55,342 bases of DNA from a virus (lineage: Duplodnaviria > Caudoviricetes), in the IMG/VR virus record IMGVR_UViG_3300029286_000049, positions 1 through 55,342 of that record; one strand, 5' to 3'. Below, piece by piece: positions 27,994 to 36,838 of this stretch (positions are counted from its first letter, which is position 1; each line of letters starts with the position of its first letter). A program made the translations under genes and the position numbers. The notes beneath the pieces were generated by a model that saw only the letters and a list, made by a program, of their open reading frames with translations, did not search any database and was not told where the DNA came from.

Positions 27994-28881
27994 TTAAGCA
28001 GGATGGGCAGATGAGGCGGGTACAGTGACTTTTGCTATTGCATAGTCATTGATGATCGCGATTCCGATCTCCTCATATATCACCCAGCCCAAGCGAAGTT
28101 TCTTAGGATCGTCAGCAGGAAGTACGGTGATGTCCTGTCTGATTGGGAAAGCGCCTACCGTGTCAGGTGATGCAACTACCAATACGGTATCAACCGGCAT
28201 ACGAGAGCTGACGTGGATGTCAGCAGTCCAAAGGTGACCAAACAATCCAGTCGTGATAATCTCACGCTGAGATGCTTCGTCATAGAACTCTTTTCCGAAA
28301 AGACGAACCGCTGCGAACTGACGAGCATGCATGACGATCTTGGTGCAAACGAGGTCATGTCTCTCGATGTAGTAGTAAGCATCGTTCATGCTTTCTGGGG
28401 TGAGTACGTCGCCAGTCTCGACAACGATCTGATCGCCTCTTGCGTCAACAGCAGCCAACAAAGCGCGGAAGATATTTGTATCTTCCTCTTTCTGAATGGC
28501 TTCTTTTGCCTTGATTTGGGCACGATCTACAATGTAGAATCTACGTGCCTTAATCTCGGAAAGCTTAACTGTTGGGTGAGCTGCGATTTCGAAGGTCGGG
28601 ACAAGCACCTCTTCGCCCTCTACGAACATATCAGGTACAGCGCCTTTGCGGGCAACAACGTGTGCGATTGCAGCCGGATCTCTCTCGTAACGAGCAAGTG
28701 CGCCCTGTGGGAGTTCGTCTACCATAAGTAGCTTACGACCTACAGCCTGGTATTCCAAAGCGCGTCTAATTGGCTCGACCATAGCCTGTGCCAATGCAAC
28801 ACGCCCTTCTTCTGTCTCCATTGCCTGCGCAATGATTTCCTCTTTCTCTTTGTCTGTCAATGAATTCTTTGCAAATGCCAT
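27994..28881 (-). CDS. Major capsid protein (HK97 fold)
   Basis: Position after protease and decoration genes; strong SD and terminator; PIRR.LEYQ...RK, VPTFEI..HP, AIQKEED..IF, GWVIYEEIG motifs. Confidence 0.85.
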   Translation of the reverse strand: MAFAKNSLTDKEKEEIIAQAMETEEGRVALAQAMVEPIRRALEYQAVGRKLLMVDELPQGALARYERDPAAIAHVVARKGAVPDMFVEGEEVLVPTFEIAAHPTVKLSEIKARRFYIVDRAQIKAKEAIQKEEDTNIFRALLAAVDARGDQIVVETGDVLTPESMNDAYYYIERHDLVCTKIVMHARQFAAVRLFGKEFYDEASQREIITTGLFGHLWTADIHVSSRMPVDTVLVVASPDTVGAFPIRQDITVLPADDPKKLRLGWVIYEEIGIAIINDYAIAKVTVPASSAHPA

Positions 28882-28943
28882 TGTAATTCTCCTATTTTTT
28901 GTATCAGTTCCTTTATGAAATCTGAATTAAAGTGTTCCTAAAA

Positions 28944-29483
28944 TTAAGCGATAAGCTTAAAGATCAAGTAAGTTCCCAAAGACATGGAACCATTGATGTC
29001 TGTGCCCGGGACTCCACTTGGATAAGCGGCGGGAGCAGAAACTACGATTCCAACTACATTACCTGCACCAGCTACGTCAGACAAAAGACCGGCGTTGTTG
29101 GTGTAAAGCTTTGTTCCTGGGGTAAGACTGTCTTCTCTTGTGGTATCATATTCGTCAGTGGCGAACTTTCCGCCAGAGGTATAGACAGTCATAAGACCAG
29201 AAGCGCCAGTCTCATTGAAGTTGTCAGATACGCGGTTCTGAGTGCTACGGGCCAAAGCGCCGTATGCGCCAGTGATGATGTTGTCAGCATAAGCTGTTCC
29301 AGCTGTCGTATTGGACTGAGTGTCCCCTGCGATACCATAAACCAACTCGCCAGCAGTATCACACTTTGTTACTGTTCCGTCATCATCGATCTTTACGCAC
29401 ATGCCAGCCATAATGTCGGCAATGAAGTCCTGATTGACAGGAAGCTGATCCGCTACTACATGATAAATGTTAATAAGTGCCAT
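28944..29483 (-). CDS. Capsid decoration/cement protein
   Basis: Small Gly/Thr-rich beta protein directly upstream of MCP; AGM.V, G..TV...GG.F.TDEY, G.KLY....GLL pattern. Confidence 0.7.
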   Translation of the reverse strand: MALINIYHVVADQLPVNQDFIADIMAGMCVKIDDDGTVTKCDTAGELVYGIAGDTQSNTTAGTAYADNIITGAYGALARSTQNRVSDNFNETGASGLMTVYTSGGKFATDEYDTTREDSLTPGTKLYTNNAGLLSDVAGAGNVVGIVVSAPAAYPSGVPGTDINGSMSLGTYLIFKLIA

Positions 29484-29512
29484 TGTTGTTCTCCTTGTTG
29501 TTTGTTAAAAAA

Positions 29513-32500
29513 TTATCTACCATACTGTTTTCTAAGTTGAACCAACTCATCCGAATCAGCTTCAGCAACCTGTTTGCTAAGGCTAAACAAGGTTGAAAGC
29601 TTGTTTGACAATTCGCTTTGAGCATTCTTCTGATTATTAGCATGAGTACTTGCCTCGCTGATAATCACGGCTTGTTCCAAACCGTCTGATGCTGCGTTGA
29701 GTCCTTTCTTGCTTGAGAACATTGATTTCTCAATATCCTTTAGCTGTGCGATCCTATATTCGCTAAGTTCAGATACCTTTGAGGACAATTCTGCTGCCTT
29801 GATCATGCCTGTTTCAAGCATGCGTCCGGCGATTCTGAATGCCTCATTTACTCTGTCATTGGACTCCTTCTTACTTGCAGTCACGTTTCCTTTCTGTGAA
29901 TCATTACCAGTCATTTGATTTGTCTTTTCAGACTTGATGGCTGGATTATCTTTCTCTCCGCCGATTCTTGCATCCTTGGATGGAATCTCTGGAGCATTCT
30001 TTTCTGTTGGCTTCTCGCCAATGGACTCTTTTTCTTTTCCGATGAATCCGTCACCAGTTGGAACCTTTTGGTCCTTGGCTGGCTTTGCTTTCGGTACTGC
30101 GCCAATACTTTCTTCCTCATGTCCGATGAAACCAGTTCCAGTCGTCTTGCCGATATCTGGATCATCCTGCGGGAACTTTCTCTGCATCTTTTCTGCAATT
30201 CTCATTACAAGTTCGTCCATTCTGCTCTTTGGAGTAGACATTACGAAAGCAGCCTTCTCTTCCCCGCCAGCGCCCTTTTCTCCGCCTGTTGCGGTGTCAG
30301 TCAATTCAGAATCAAGTTCCTCATTTCCCATCTGTGCTGGACCTGTGAATACATCAGCTATGCTTGCCTTTGGAGGTTTCTCTTGCCCCATAGCAGCATT
30401 GCCTCTCGGAACAGATGGAGACTCTGCTTTGAATGGTTTCTCGTCGCCCAAAGCCTGACTTCCATCACCAATGTTTCCAACGCTGTCTTTTGCAACGTCT
30501 TGAGCTGGTTTCGTCTTTACGCTGCCAGCCTTTTTGCTCAAAGCTGCGATAACACCAGACAGGTCAAGATTGACCTCTCCAGTATTTCCGATATAGCCTT
30601 TTCTCATATACATATTGGACTCCGCTTCGACAGGATTCTCATCTCCTGCCTTCTCCATATTACTTTCCTTATTTGGCATAGAATCTCCTTTATTATTCTG
30701 AAGATTTTTTGCTGGATTGGTTTTTCCGCATGGACATTCTTTTTCAGAACCCTCGGATCCTTCTGTATTTTCCTCTTTTTCTGCAAATGGGTTCTCGTTT
30801 CCGCCTTCCTCATTTACATCATTTTCTACTGTATTTTCTACAACATCATCTACTTTATTCTCAACAGCTTCATTACCCATTTCAGAGTTTTCTGGCTTTA
30901 CTTCAAGCTCAATTTCAACACCTTCTGGAGTCTCACCAAAAGGAATCTCAATCTCGCCAGCTTCACCAGCTTCGCCTTCCTCGCCACCCGGATGAACCTG
31001 AGTGTCAAGAGCTTCGTCAAGCTGCTTTGCGACTTCCATAGGAAGTTCAATACTTACTGTCTCGCCAGCAGGACCATTCTCTACAATGCCTTCCTCTACT
31101 GGAGAAGAACCCATCTCACCGCCGTTATCATCGCCACTCATCTCTGGAGCGGGAGCGCCACCATTTCCACCACCATCTGGATCATCAAACGGATCTGTCT
31201 CTTCCTCTGCCTGAGGCTGTACGCCTTGTGTCTCTTCCATTCCAGAATTGCCAATTGCCTGTCCAATGCCTTCTGCAAGCATATCTTCGATGCCAGCATA
31301 CTTCATCTTCAAGCAATTGCAAATCGTAGAAGCTTCTTTCGTCTTGAAGCCCATTCTGATGTAATCTTCATTACATTCAGTTGTGCCTTCTTCTTCGCTC
31401 CAGATTCCGGCAACCTTCATTGCCATCTGGTTAGAATATACATTTGCCTTCTTCAAAGAATTGCATACGCACTCATAAAGAGGCTTGCCTTCGCATGGTC
31501 CGCTCATTGCAAGAGCTTCTTTGCCATATCTACGGGCAACTCTTTCCATGCAAGATTCCATTGGGAACTTGTCATCGCCAAGGCTGAATGTTGCTTTCTT
31601 GTACATAGCAAGAACAGAATCATTTGTGCTTGCAGTCTTAATTGTTCCAAGCTTACCGGCTTTCTTGAGAGCAAGAATTACTTTGCCCTTGTCTTTGAAT
31701 GACATCTTATCAAACTGTTCTTCGCTGACTTTTACAGTCTTCAAAGCGCTTGCAAATGCTTTCTTTGCTCTAGAGCAACTTGGGCATTCAGTGATAACAG
31801 GAGTGATATCCCATTCCCACTGTGCGAAAGCTTTCTTAGGATCTTTCTTGTCGATAGAGAATGCTACTCTGTACTCGCGTCCAGAATCCAAGCAAACATG
31901 CTTACCCTTGCCAAGATCAAGCGTATTAGAAGAACCAGTAATCGGGCTTACCGAACCGATCTTCTTAACGCCACCAGCAGAAGCCTTCTTCAAAGACTCT
32001 GGGTTAAGCTCTACCATAGATGCAAACTTCGTTACCAAATCATTCTTTACGCTGGCGGCGGCTGGCATTGCAGGAGCGCCACCGGCTGGCATACCACCCT
32101 CAGGTGCTGCACCAGCGGCAGGTGCTTCTGCGCCTGCTTCTGGAAGCTCAAAGCCTTCGCCTTCTGCCCCCTCTTCGCCTGCGCCTTCTTCGCCTTCCTT
32201 ATCTTCGCTGTCGTTTTCAAGAAGGTTTGCCCATCTTGCAACTTCAACCAATACTTTAAATCTGAATTCAGAACCACAGTTATTGCACTTACCAGATCCA
32301 TTAACAATGTCAACGTCTGCTGAAGTACATACTGGGCAAACTGAACCCGGTGGCTTCGGATCAAGATTCTGATCGTCACCGCCTTCAAGACCTTCGCCAA
32401 GATCAGACTGCTCAAAGCTCTCTACTGGAGGAGGAGTTTGTGCGCCAGGAGCGCCACCCGGAGCGGCTGCTGGAGGCTGAGGAAGCGTTGTTCCTCCACC

Positions 32501-35500
32501 TACACCACCACCCATCTCTCCACCAAGCATCTGAGATTCTTTCTTCATTGCAGTTCTAATCTGCTTACGAGAAGTTGCGAAAGCTCTATCTCTTGGCATT
32601 CTAGCTGCTGGTCCTTGACCCATGCCAGCGCCAATTCCGGCAGGCTCTTCGCCACCGAACTCACCACCGAACTCGCCACCGGACTCGCCACCTAGTTCTC
32701 CTCCAAGATCATTCTCTCCATCAAGACCTACGTCTCCACCTGGGATTACTTCACCTGGAAGTGCCTCGCCGCCTGTCTCCGCGCCCAAATCATCTTCTGC
32801 TCCGAAATCATCGGCAAGAGGATTAAGAGTTTCGTCACCTACTGGATTTCCCTCAATAGCGTCAAGATCAGAATTCGATGGTTCACCGAAACCTCCCTTA
32901 TCACCAGAAAGATCATCCATTTCAAAACCTTCATCTCCGCCAAGATCGCCTTCCATGCCAAGTCCAGCAGATGGATCTAATGCAGGTCTGCGTGTTCCTT
33001 TAAGGGACTTATCCTCATCACCAAACATGCCAGGATCGCTATACTGAGCAAATACTTTCTTCTCATTATCATTGAGTTTGCTTACGTCTTTAGCAGTCAA
33101 AACTACAAGACCCTTGCTCTTATCGGTATCTACCTTCGTGATAACGAACTTCAAACCGCTATCAGCAATCTGCTGACTTGCAAACTTATGAGCAGCCTTC
33201 AAGAAAGCAGCCTTATTATCTGCCTTTGGAGCAATACCAATTTCCTTTACAGTCGAATAAATCTGATATACGCCATCTTCTGGTCTGTCAATTTGATTGA
33301 TAGCATTCAAAAGCTGAGATGTCTTATTTACTGGCTGAGAAACCTTTGGAGTAGTGTTGATCTTTTCAGATGCAGACTTCTCTACGGTTGCCATTGCCTT
33401 GCTGTTCGCGGAAACAACCCCGATTGCTTCTACGATGTCATCAGCGCTAATGTCTTGTACCTTGCTTGCCATTGCCACGATCAAAGCGTCAATAGTGTCA
33501 GGGGTCTTAACTCCGCTAGATGCGATCTTTGAGAAGTAAGACATTCTTTCCTTTTCATTCTGAACAGCTTCTGCCTTGTGAGGCATAGAGTTAATAGCAA
33601 CAAGGAAAGATGCCTTTGCCTTGTTCTCTACTGAACCGTTTAATGTTGAAGCGGCTTTATAAATCTCGCTTGGGGTCTTGCCATAGAAAGCGATAACATC
33701 AGAAATTGCTTCCATAGCAGCCTTTGCGGTTTTGATAGGATCATAAGTATAAGCCCAACGAGCAAGAGCGCCGTCCTGATCGCTTAGCTGTTTCTGTGTG
33801 ATAGTCTCTGGAACGACGAAACGATGGTTGGTGCGAAAATCCAGAAGCTGTTTTTCAGTAATTCTGTCGCTCTGGTCATTACTCAACTTAGAACCAATCC
33901 ATCTGCTTACGTCTGTCCATTGCTTTTCAGTAATGACATCAGGTGCATCACCCCAGCGAGTTATATAACCGCTAGTAATGCTATCAAGCTGTTTCTCTGT
34001 AATAACTTCATAAGTCCCTAATCTTTCTTGTGGACTTGTGCTGGTCGTAACGTTTGCCTTGACATTCTCATCGACGTTATCAAGCTGTTTTTCAGTAATT
34101 TTATCTGGGGCTTTATCCCATCTTTCCCCTGTAAATTTGGCGCTATCAAGCTGCCTTTCAGTTGTGACATCCGTTGGATTTCCAGCAACTTTCTCGACCT
34201 TATCATTAGAATTTGCCATTATATTAAGCTCCTTGTTCTCTTTATCTTGTGACTGTAGTGTATATACATATTCACTGACTTTTTGTATCCTATCCATAAT
34301 CTTCTGAGATTTGGCTAAAACTTCCTTTATTTTTTCCAGATTGGTATTTGAATTTTTCGGCGTAGTGACATATCCAAGGTTTCCCATACCCTCTGTTTGA
34401 ACATTTGGATTGCCAGTTGGTTGTTGAACTGGCTGCGGAGCAGCTTGTGGCTGAGAAGCCTGCATTTGTTCTCCAGCGGCACCAGTCGTATTTACATTCA
34501 TACCAGATGAACTTGTGGGTAAACCTATGTTCCAATCTATATTTGTAGGAGATGGGATCTGTAAAATACCCATTTCTACAAGCTCGTCTATTGTTCCCTG
34601 TATAGATGACATTGCCTCAACGATGTCAGTGACATACTCCATAGAAATCTTCTCTTTCTGAGACATCATAGATTTAGCAACTATTTCCATCTTATTCATC
34701 GCGTCATTAAGGAACTCAATTTCTTTCTTGCCCGCGACTTTTTCGAGATCGCACATTCCATTACTGCACTCAATTGCTTTTCCAAGTTTAGTAACAACAT
34801 TTCTCATGCCTGCTACTTTCTTAGACAATTCAGATGCATTCAAAATCTTTTCTACATTGCAATCATGGCAAGCAGGATTTACAACAAAACTGTCTTCAAT
34901 AAACTTAATGTCGAAGTTATGTTCATAAACATGAGCCTCTTTCTGGATAAGCTCATTGGTTTCGCCTTTCTTTTTGTGGCAAACTGGGCAAGCGTCATTT
35001 GGTTTACTTGGGCTATCGTGATACTGGCATTTGTAATTGCCAGATACTTTTCTATTCTTCTTCTCTTTGATATGTGTGCAATACTCATCTGCAACATGCG
35101 CCTTATTATGGCAAATAGAGCATAGAGAATAACTTACAGAGCATCCCATAGAAGAACCAGTAATATAGTTTTCTTCTATTCCTCTAGCAAGTTTAGGGTA
35201 AGCAGTCTTATCTACCATCCCTATAATATAAATACCATCTTTGTCATCATCGTACCAAGAATGGACTACTTTGCCTCTTGCCTTCTCTATATCATCATTC
35301 TGGTGATTGCAGAACATAGGAACGCCAACAAATGTTTCATAAGCTTTCTTAAGTTCTTTAGTGGAGAAGTAATCTGCATTGTCATTGACTTCATTTGCCT
35401 TGATAGCAAAAATCTTGACAAATAAATGTTCTGGATGATCCTTGATAGCAGAGGTAAGATCAAAACCGCCTAAATCTGTTTTGTCCTTATTAACCTTTGC

Positions 35501-35599
35501 TGTCTTAATGAAGGAAGTATTGATTTCTTCCCAATTGACAGGATCATTCAAAGTGTCCAAAGATACGATTTTATAATTTGCTTTTTTATCTATAGCCAT
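29513..35599 (-). CDS. Giant prohead protease/scaffold polyprotein (2028 aa)
   Basis: N-terminal N.N.D.F...EL, F.NH, GSSMGC...CSIC, F.E.SFV..PA protease-type motifs; long acidic/Gly-rich linkers, zinc knuckles, helical C-terminus; position upstream of capsid genes. Confidence 0.78.
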   Translation of the reverse strand: MAIDKKANYKIVSLDTLNDPVNWEEINTSFIKTAKVNKDKTDLGGFDLTSAIKDHPEHLFVKIFAIKANEVNDNADYFSTKELKKAYETFVGVPMFCNHQNDDIEKARGKVVHSWYDDDKDGIYIIGMVDKTAYPKLARGIEENYITGSSMGCSVSYSLCSICHNKAHVADEYCTHIKEKKNRKVSGNYKCQYHDSPSKPNDACPVCHKKKGETNELIQKEAHVYEHNFDIKFIEDSFVVNPACHDCNVEKILNASELSKKVAGMRNVVTKLGKAIECSNGMCDLEKVAGKKEIEFLNDAMNKMEIVAKSMMSQKEKISMEYVTDIVEAMSSIQGTIDELVEMGILQIPSPTNIDWNIGLPTSSSGMNVNTTGAAGEQMQASQPQAAPQPVQQPTGNPNVQTEGMGNLGYVTTPKNSNTNLEKIKEVLAKSQKIMDRIQKVSEYVYTLQSQDKENKELNIMANSNDKVEKVAGNPTDVTTERQLDSAKFTGERWDKAPDKITEKQLDNVDENVKANVTTSTSPQERLGTYEVITEKQLDSITSGYITRWGDAPDVITEKQWTDVSRWIGSKLSNDQSDRITEKQLLDFRTNHRFVVPETITQKQLSDQDGALARWAYTYDPIKTAKAAMEAISDVIAFYGKTPSEIYKAASTLNGSVENKAKASFLVAINSMPHKAEAVQNEKERMSYFSKIASSGVKTPDTIDALIVAMASKVQDISADDIVEAIGVVSANSKAMATVEKSASEKINTTPKVSQPVNKTSQLLNAINQIDRPEDGVYQIYSTVKEIGIAPKADNKAAFLKAAHKFASQQIADSGLKFVITKVDTDKSKGLVVLTAKDVSKLNDNEKKVFAQYSDPGMFGDEDKSLKGTRRPALDPSAGLGMEGDLGGDEGFEMDDLSGDKGGFGEPSNSDLDAIEGNPVGDETLNPLADDFGAEDDLGAETGGEALPGEVIPGGDVGLDGENDLGGELGGESGGEFGGEFGGEEPAGIGAGMGQGPAARMPRDRAFATSRKQIRTAMKKESQMLGGEMGGGVGGGTTLPQPPAAAPGGAPGAQTPPPVESFEQSDLGEGLEGGDDQNLDPKPPGSVCPVCTSADVDIVNGSGKCNNCGSEFRFKVLVEVARWANLLENDSEDKEGEEGAGEEGAEGEGFELPEAGAEAPAAGAAPEGGMPAGGAPAMPAAASVKNDLVTKFASMVELNPESLKKASAGGVKKIGSVSPITGSSNTLDLGKGKHVCLDSGREYRVAFSIDKKDPKKAFAQWEWDITPVITECPSCSRAKKAFASALKTVKVSEEQFDKMSFKDKGKVILALKKAGKLGTIKTASTNDSVLAMYKKATFSLGDDKFPMESCMERVARRYGKEALAMSGPCEGKPLYECVCNSLKKANVYSNQMAMKVAGIWSEEEGTTECNEDYIRMGFKTKEASTICNCLKMKYAGIEDMLAEGIGQAIGNSGMEETQGVQPQAEEETDPFDDPDGGGNGGAPAPEMSGDDNGGEMGSSPVEEGIVENGPAGETVSIELPMEVAKQLDEALDTQVHPGGEEGEAGEAGEIEIPFGETPEGVEIELEVKPENSEMGNEAVENKVDDVVENTVENDVNEEGGNENPFAEKEENTEGSEGSEKECPCGKTNPAKNLQNNKGDSMPNKESNMEKAGDENPVEAESNMYMRKGYIGNTGEVNLDLSGVIAALSKKAGSVKTKPAQDVAKDSVGNIGDGSQALGDEKPFKAESPSVPRGNAAMGQEKPPKASIADVFTGPAQMGNEELDSELTDTATGGEKGAGGEEKAAFVMSTPKSRMDELVMRIAEKMQRKFPQDDPDIGKTTGTGFIGHEEESIGAVPKAKPAKDQKVPTGDGFIGKEKESIGEKPTEKNAPEIPSKDARIGGEKDNPAIKSEKTNQMTGNDSQKGNVTASKKESNDRVNEAFRIAGRMLETGMIKAAELSSKVSELSEYRIAQLKDIEKSMFSSKKGLNAASDGLEQAVIISEASTHANNQKNAQSELSNKLSTLFSLSKQVAEADSDELVQLRKQYGR
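33780..34172 (-). repeat. Six [IT]TEKQL-type peptide repeats
   Basis: VTTERQLD, KITEKQLD, VITEKQLD, VITEKQWT, RITEKQLL, TITQKQLS; boundaries approximate. Confidence 0.8.
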
Positions 35600-35602
35600 A
35601 AG

Positions 35603-36235
35603 TTATTCCTTTAAAAGCTCTACGCTGACTAGCTTAGCACATTCTTTCGCAATGTCTATATTCTCTACCTTCTTTCCATTTTCCTCTGGAATGTTGTCAA
35701 GATTGCAGAAATGCAATTTGAGATACCCGATAATCATACTTGAAGATGCAAGAGATTGCTTATATATCGGTGTCACAACAAAAGCTTTGACATTCTTGGA
35801 AACTAAATTGCTCTTTAAGAAAGAATCTTGGAGAGAATCAGTGTAGACTATATTATTATTCCCAGAAGATAGCATTTGTATAATAGATAAATTGATAGAA
35901 CATTGTATATTCTGTAATCCTGCAATCTCATGAGATATACCAGTCGCAACTGTCTCATGAGTACAAGAGACTTTCTTTATAGGAGATCCATCGATAAAAT
36001 CTCCTCCATTGTGAAATCTGTATAAATGAACTCGATCAGCCCCAGTTGTGACCCTAAGCCCAGATAACAATTCAATCAACCGAATGTCTGTAGCACTCAT
36101 CTTATTGAAGTCGAACTTAAAATCTTTCTTTTTGCCCTTAAAATGAGCATAAAGTTTTATCACGCAAGCGATAACAAAACCGGCAGTTGCGTAGCCGACT
36201 ACTTCACCTATTTTATACCAACTAGAACCGTCCAT
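35603..36235 (-). CDS. Single-TM protein with GAF-like domain (T4 T-holin-like architecture)
   Basis: N-terminal hydrophobic helix; ADRV.LY.FHNG, S..HE.V..G, IIGYL.L.F GAF pattern. Confidence 0.6.
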   Translation of the reverse strand: MDGSSWYKIGEVVGYATAGFVIACVIKLYAHFKGKKKDFKFDFNKMSATDIRLIELLSGLRVTTGADRVHLYRFHNGGDFIDGSPIKKVSCTHETVATGISHEIAGLQNIQCSINLSIIQMLSSGNNNIVYTDSLQDSFLKSNLVSKNVKAFVVTPIYKQSLASSSMIIGYLKLHFCNLDNIPEENGKKVENIDIAKECAKLVSVELLKE

Positions 36236-36278
36236 TAGAATAACCTCATTCAGACTAAAAAATTACCAAACATCTACG

Positions 36279-36310
36279 AATAAGTTCTAACTTCGCAGAA
36301 ACTATCCTTT
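36279..36310 (-). promoter_or_regulatory. Putative late promoter (AAAGGA-N17-GAACTTATT)
   Basis: Recurring motif heading the holin-like/protease/capsid run. Confidence 0.5.
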
Positions 36311-36346
36311 AAGAAATAGAAAAATAGGTATTTTGAGTAGAAAACA

Positions 36347-36838
36347 TTACGTTTTAACGTGTCTTGGAATGTTTACATTAGCAAGATCGTGCAATGTATA
36401 GTTCCTTTGATTCTGTGGATAAGACAAACCCCACATCTCTACGGCGTGACTCAATGCGCTAGCTATAGTGCTGAAGTATTCTCCGCTAGGCGCATATATC
36501 TTCTTCCTTTTCCATTTTGGAGGCAATCTTTTGATACCAGAGAAGAATCTCTTCTTACCCTGTTTGGTTAATGCCGGTCCTACAATAATGAAATAATCTG
36601 CATCTGTAGTATAATCATGACCTTCCCATCTGTAGTAAGCGCCTTGACCTATATCTCTGTCAAACCTTATCTTCAAGTCATCAGACTTCTCGCGGTATGC
36701 TTCTTTCCAGTCTATACCACGGTCTTTAATCCTTTTGCGACTTGCATCTTTAATTAAAGAATCTATGTCTACATAAGCCTTATGCAAACCAGACATTTGC
36801 CTATCTGTACTTATCATAGATTTGTGCAAATTAAACAT
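36347..36838 (-). CDS. Hypothetical basic protein
   Basis: TAATG-coupled to portal. Confidence 0.7.
   Translation of the reverse strand: MFNLHKSMISTDRQMSGLHKAYVDIDSLIKDASRKRIKDRGIDWKEAYREKSDDLKIRFDRDIGQGAYYRWEGHDYTTDADYFIIVGPALTKQGKKRFFSGIKRLPPKWKRKKIYAPSGEYFSTIASALSHAVEMWGLSYPQNQRNYTLHDLANVNIPRHVKT

Noticed and set aside
27994-28881. Encapsulin nanocompartment interpretation of the HK97-fold gene
   Set aside because: Terminase, portal, protease and decoration genes in the same module indicate a viral capsid
28888-28914. AAAGGA upstream of the capsid gene as another promoter copy
   Set aside because: The second box would coincide with the AGGAG SD; cannot be told from chance
28213-29540. 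Plus-strand ORFs opposite capsid and decoration genes
   Set aside because: Antisense shadows of strongly codon-biased genes
29915-33047. Long plus-strand ORFs (e.g. 595 aa at 29915..31702, 295 aa at 31485..32372)
   Set aside because: Antisense shadows of the biased, low-complexity protease gene; Phe/Leu/Ser-rich with no motifs or SD
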